Shown: positions 34,581-38,881 of the stretch, piece after piece | Position numbering within the stretch: the first letter of the stretch is position 1 | Layout of the letters: each line of letters starts with the position of its first letter | Origin: Octopus bimaculoides | Lineage: Eukaryota | Length of the DNA: 38,881 nt | Direction of reading: 5' to 3' | Assembly: GCF_001194135.2 (NCBI RefSeq) | Contig: NC_068981.1 | Span: forward strand, 64,766,830 to 64,805,710 | Made by a program: the position numbers and the translations under genes | The notes under the pieces: generated by a model | The model's database searches: none | What the model was told of the DNA's origin: nothing | What the model saw: the letters and a program-made list of their open reading frames with translations, nothing else

Positions 34581-34652
<72 letters not shown>

Positions 34653-34920
34653 TAATTGTGAAGATAGGGTCAATTATTGTTGGGTCCTTGGGGAGGTAAC
34701 AGAAGACAGCAAGAGGAATATAAAAGAAATTGGAGTAGACTGCCCAGTAGAACTGTTACAAAAGGTTTGCCTCCTTGACACGGCCAGAATAATCAGGAAA
34801 GTATTGGACAGTTGAAAAGAACAGAAAGTATGGCACCGTAAGCTTCAGGCAGGAAACCTTCTACGCATGCAAGATTCCAATTGACAACTAAGTTTGAGAT
34901 GAAAAGAATAAATAATACTA
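34653..34920 (+). mobile_element. RLE-type LINE 3' fragment, a different family
   Basis: IIVGSLG (frameshift) EVTEDSKRNIKEIGVDCPVELLQKVCLLDTARIIRKVLDS* has the same C-terminal pattern (LQK..L.GT..I.RKVL). Confidence 0.72.
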
Positions 34921-36016
34921 ATATATGTATATAACGAATGTTACGCACCGTTGTAGAGATCAGCTGTCTAGCAGTTACAAATCCCTGGCCTGAAATTGGT
35001 GGTGGCAAAGGAAAATATGTTAAGCGAAATGATAACGCCTCTTGTATCCTGACTACAGACTTTCGTTTCTACCTATAATCATACATGCACTGCGAGGGGT
35101 AACAAGATATTTACATAAAATCGTGAAAGTCATTCTGGGAATTTCCAAGAAGGAACAAAGCAAACTAATTCCAATCTTCTAAATCCATTCGATTAATGGT
35201 AGTGAAGATTTGTAAAACATTCCAAAGTCTCTCCATTTGAGTTTCTTAGACAGAATATTGATATACAATCTCATATATATAAAAGATATACACATAGATG
35301 CTTAAAAAATAATCGCAAGCACATCATTCGTGTATTAAAGAAATGAGTGCACCCATTACTTGAGCAAATGTATATCTATGCGTACACGTACATATATGCA
35401 CACATTGACTCAGCCATATATTCTGGAACTGTCTTTTCTCAGAGAAGCCTTTTTATTGTTGTTCGTGAGCATTTTGAATTCACTAAATAAGAACTTAAAT
35501 CTCATATAAACATACATACATACAAATATACACACATACACAATCACATAAATACGTATATACACAAACACATAAATATGTTCATGCGTATAGGCAAACA
35601 AATTTCAAATTGACTTCCTGTCAGTTTACCTTAAATTCATTCTATCCATTCTTTAATACTGAGAAAATTGATTTCATTTTATATAATTTAGTCAATTCAT
35701 CCCGATCAATTCTTGTAAAGGGGAAAATTTTGTCGCAAACCAAAAAGGTCAAATAGTTTTCAAGAAATGTTAATAAGTCATGACCTTAAATTGGTCTTTA
35801 ATTCATATACCCTATTCAAATTGAACGAATTGAACTATTCTATTCCAATTCTCCAACATATTTATATATCAAAGACCGGGTGGCATATTTGATTATCTTT
35901 GATGTTTTGGAATTTCTATAATATTGAAAATATTGTTGATAATCTCAATAAACACAAACTATAAAACAATATTAATTTTAGGAGCAATTCTTAGAGCTAT
36001 ATGCGTATACAGACAA

Positions 36017-36020
<4 letters not shown>

Positions 36021-36063
<43 letters not shown>

Positions 36064-36265
36064 GTGTATCTGTGTTTGTCCCCCCAACATCGCTTGATAA
36101 CCGATGCTGGTGTGTTTACGTCCCCGTTACCTAGCGGTTCGGCAAAAGAGACCGATAGAATAAGTACTAGGCTTACAAAGAATAAGTCCTGGGGTCGATT
36201 TGCTCGACTACAGGTGGTGCTCCAGTATGGCCACAGTCAAATAACTGAAACGAGTAAAAGAGTAA
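36021..36265 (+). mobile_element. SINE family A, 3' half starting in the (GT)n linker
   Basis: Near-identical to the reverse complement of 1885-2080; tail GAGTAAAAGAGTAA. Confidence 0.9.
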
Positions 36266-36410
36266 TCGATTGAGGATTAAATGAGATACAAACGCAACTC
36301 ATACGGAAACAGAAAGCATTTTTCTAAAATTTTGACAAAGAACCATGGCCTCAAATTAAACAGACATATGCATACATACAGCCACGACATACACATACAT
36401 GTATATATAG

Positions 36411-36670
36411 GGTAAAGCCCTCCCCTCTTTGGTCATGAATCACATGGGACCGCACCTAGAAAGTTACCCTCCGAGGCACGAGTCCGCTCAAGGTCGTTTA
36501 TGGAAGACCAGCAGTCGCCCTTGCATATCAGCTTCCCCCACCTCATCGTGCCATCAATGTCATCCAAAGAAAAGGCAAAGGCTGATACAGCCGTTGCAAC
36601 TCACTTCTGCAGCTGAGTGAACTGCTACTACCTCGAGATTGTGAACCCGACGCTCTAACCACTCTGAGTC
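36411..36670 (-). mobile_element. tRNA-derived SINE (family D), internally deleted
   Basis: Minus-strand head CAGAGTGGTTAGAGCGTCGGGTTCACAATCTCGAGGTAG, B-box region missing, then CAGTTCACTCAGCTGCAGAAGTGAGTTGC and a GC-balanced tail. Family recognition partly from recall. Confidence 0.6.
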
Positions 36671-37030
36671 TGCTGAAATGAATTGATTGGTCCACATATA
36701 ACATCCAAAGGTACATCTCTTTTCTTTTTTTCTCTGATGAAATTATACTCATGTCACATAAATGCAAATTTAATGTATAAATTTGTAATTCAATTATTGA
36801 GTATTCATTGAAACGGCTGTAAGAAACGAAGACGACCAATTTGTTAGTAATATATAGTTATTAACTTCCTTATCACCATTTTCTTTTCTTCCTTTAAATG
36901 GATATAAACTATATGCTTAATATATACCCATTGTTTTAAGGGAATTTCATTCCCCAAAATACTAGGTATTGAACCATTAATTGCTTGGATGCAACAATCT
37001 CTTCACGAGGTTAACATATCCTCTAATTAA

Positions 37031-37063
<33 letters not shown>

Positions 37064-37067
<4 letters not shown>

Positions 37068-37222
37068 CGACAGGTTTCTTTCTGTTGCCATCAACCAAAT
37101 CTACTCAGACAGCTTTGTTCAGTCCGAGGCTCTAGTAGAAGACACGTGCCCTAAGTGTCACGCACTGGGACTGAAGCTAGAACCATGTGGCTTGAAAATA
37201 AACTTCTTACCACCCTGCCACG
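37064..37222 (-). mobile_element. SINE family A, 5' half, diverged
   Basis: Aligns to 2115-2265; broken at the (TA)n linker. Confidence 0.8.
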
Positions 37223-37235
37223 TCAACTTTCATAC

Positions 37236-37302
<67 letters not shown>

Positions 37303-38641
37303 CATACATACATACATACACACACAGACTCAAATACACACACATATACATGAGATGAGAGAGAGACAATGAGAGAAATACAGAGAAATAAATACATACA
37401 TACGAATTACATACAGATCTGTAACGCACACACAAACACGTGGGTCTTAAATCTAAGCAAACATGCAAGTATGCATATCGATAATAAAATGCGCGACTGA
37501 TGTATATATTACATTGGAATATTTACTTATTTACTTATTTAAAAACTTGTTTGTTTGATATTTTGTAATATATAAATATCTATCTGCCTATCAATTTATG
37601 CAAGTACCCTCCTCTCTTTCTTTCTCTCCTCTTTCACCCCCTCTTTCTTCCCCTCTTTTTCCTTACCCTCCCNNNNNNNNNNNNNNNNNNNNNNNNNNNN
37701 NNNNNNNNNNNNNNNNNNNNNNNNNNNNNNNNNNNNNNNNNNNNNNNNNNNNNNNNNNNNNNNNNNNNNNNNNNNNNNNNNNNNNNNNNNNNNNNNNNNN
37801 NNNNNNNNNNNNNNNNNNNNNNNNNNNNNNNNNNNNNNNNNNNNNNNNNNNNNNNNNNNNNNNNNNNNNNNNNNNNNNNNNNNNNNNNNNNNNNNNNNNN
37901 NNNNNNNNNNNNNNNNNNNNNNNNNNNNNNNNNNNNNNNTGTATGTATGTATGTATGTATCAAAAGTGAGATCTTTATTGCAATAACTCACACAATATTT
38001 CTCAGTTTACCGCATGATCACATTTTAGACGCAGTCTCCCCGTAAATTAGCAATTTGCCTTCAATTCGTCAATCCTCTCTACCAATTTTTTTTTTTTTTT
38101 TGTATGTTCTTCAGTTCTGTTATGCTTGTGCTTTTATACGCTTTTGTTCAGTTAGTTTCTTTCCTACCATTTTTTTTTTCTTTTCTTAAACTTTCTATTA
38201 TCTTCACTTATTGGATAAGCTCTTCTTTTAAGTTTACTAATACACACAAAACGCACAAACACACATTTATAAAGCTCATGTTATTTGGCTTTCTTTAATA
38301 GTATAGTTTTTTGTTTAATTCCTTTTGGTGTTATATTTTTTCCATGCAGTGACTTCAGGGCGTCGTGAAAGTTGTTTAATTGTTAGTGTTAGTATGTGTA
38401 TATTGATGTTGTTATTGTATGTTAAGATTCTTGTCTTGTTCTTTGATTAGCAATGATGTGGACTTTGGGGGCTGGGGTTTTTTTTTCCATTATAGTTTCA
38501 TTTTTATGTTCTGTTTAAACGACTGTATATGGGAAATAAATATCTATTTTGATTTTTGACTCAGAATATTCATATCAATTGGCGTAATATTTCTCTTATT
38601 TTATTTACATCTTTTTTGTTCACTTTCTGATTTTGTTAAGC

Positions 38642-38717
<76 letters not shown>

Positions 38718-38829
38718 GTAATAATAATAAAAGATGAACAAGAATAAGAGGGACAGCAATAATAAAATATATTCCCATATAAAGATATAAGTATATATAC
38801 ACATACATCACTACAAATATATTTACGTA

Positions 38830-38881
<52 letters not shown>

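Larger units (their letters stand above)
949..37940. other. 13 assembly gaps (N runs): 949-1408, 3930-4515, 9657-10136, 10747-11664, 15628-15637, 16909-17036, 17511-17828, 19533-19749, 24673-24805, 26963-27158, 28597-28682, 29141-29603, 37673-37940
   Basis: N runs visible directly; most abut microsatellites. Confidence 0.98.

Noticed and set aside
1785-37222. tRNA-like heads as tRNA genes
   Set aside because: No complete cloverleaf; all continue into SINE bodies.
943-37991. Long ORFs containing X runs or YI/HT/CV/LS/II repeats in the ORF track
   Set aside because: They are read-through of N gaps and microsatellites.

Overview
Repeat-dominated eukaryotic DNA from a gapped draft assembly (13 N-gaps, about 4.3 kb). 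The microsatellite load (TA, CA, TATG, GATA, TAA) and the SINE families point to a coleoid cephalopod, probably Octopus; this is from recall and was not database-checked. No host protein-coding gene, rRNA, true tRNA or CRISPR array can be supported. Nearly all listed ORFs are microsatellite, low-complexity or N-gap read-through. Mobile elements: a CR1-like LINE RT fragment (8468-9447), a mariner fossil with both TIRs (9474-10745), three R4/Dong-like RLE-LINE 3' fragments sitting in (TAA)n tracts, a probable Penelope GIY-YIG remnant, three MITEs, and more than 20 copies or fragments of tRNA-derived SINEs (called families A, B and D here). The best lead is a minus-strand module at 7740-8467 with two minimal type I hammerhead ribozyme folds of the Penelope/retrozyme kind. 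Their predicted cut sites are 216 nt apart and they are interleaved with a pair of 96-bp direct repeats. A second lead is a recurring snap-back hairpin at retroelement 5' junctions (17411-17476, 30727-30774, 8450-8475). Hammerheads in Penelope-like elements are a known class; only this arrangement may be undescribed.
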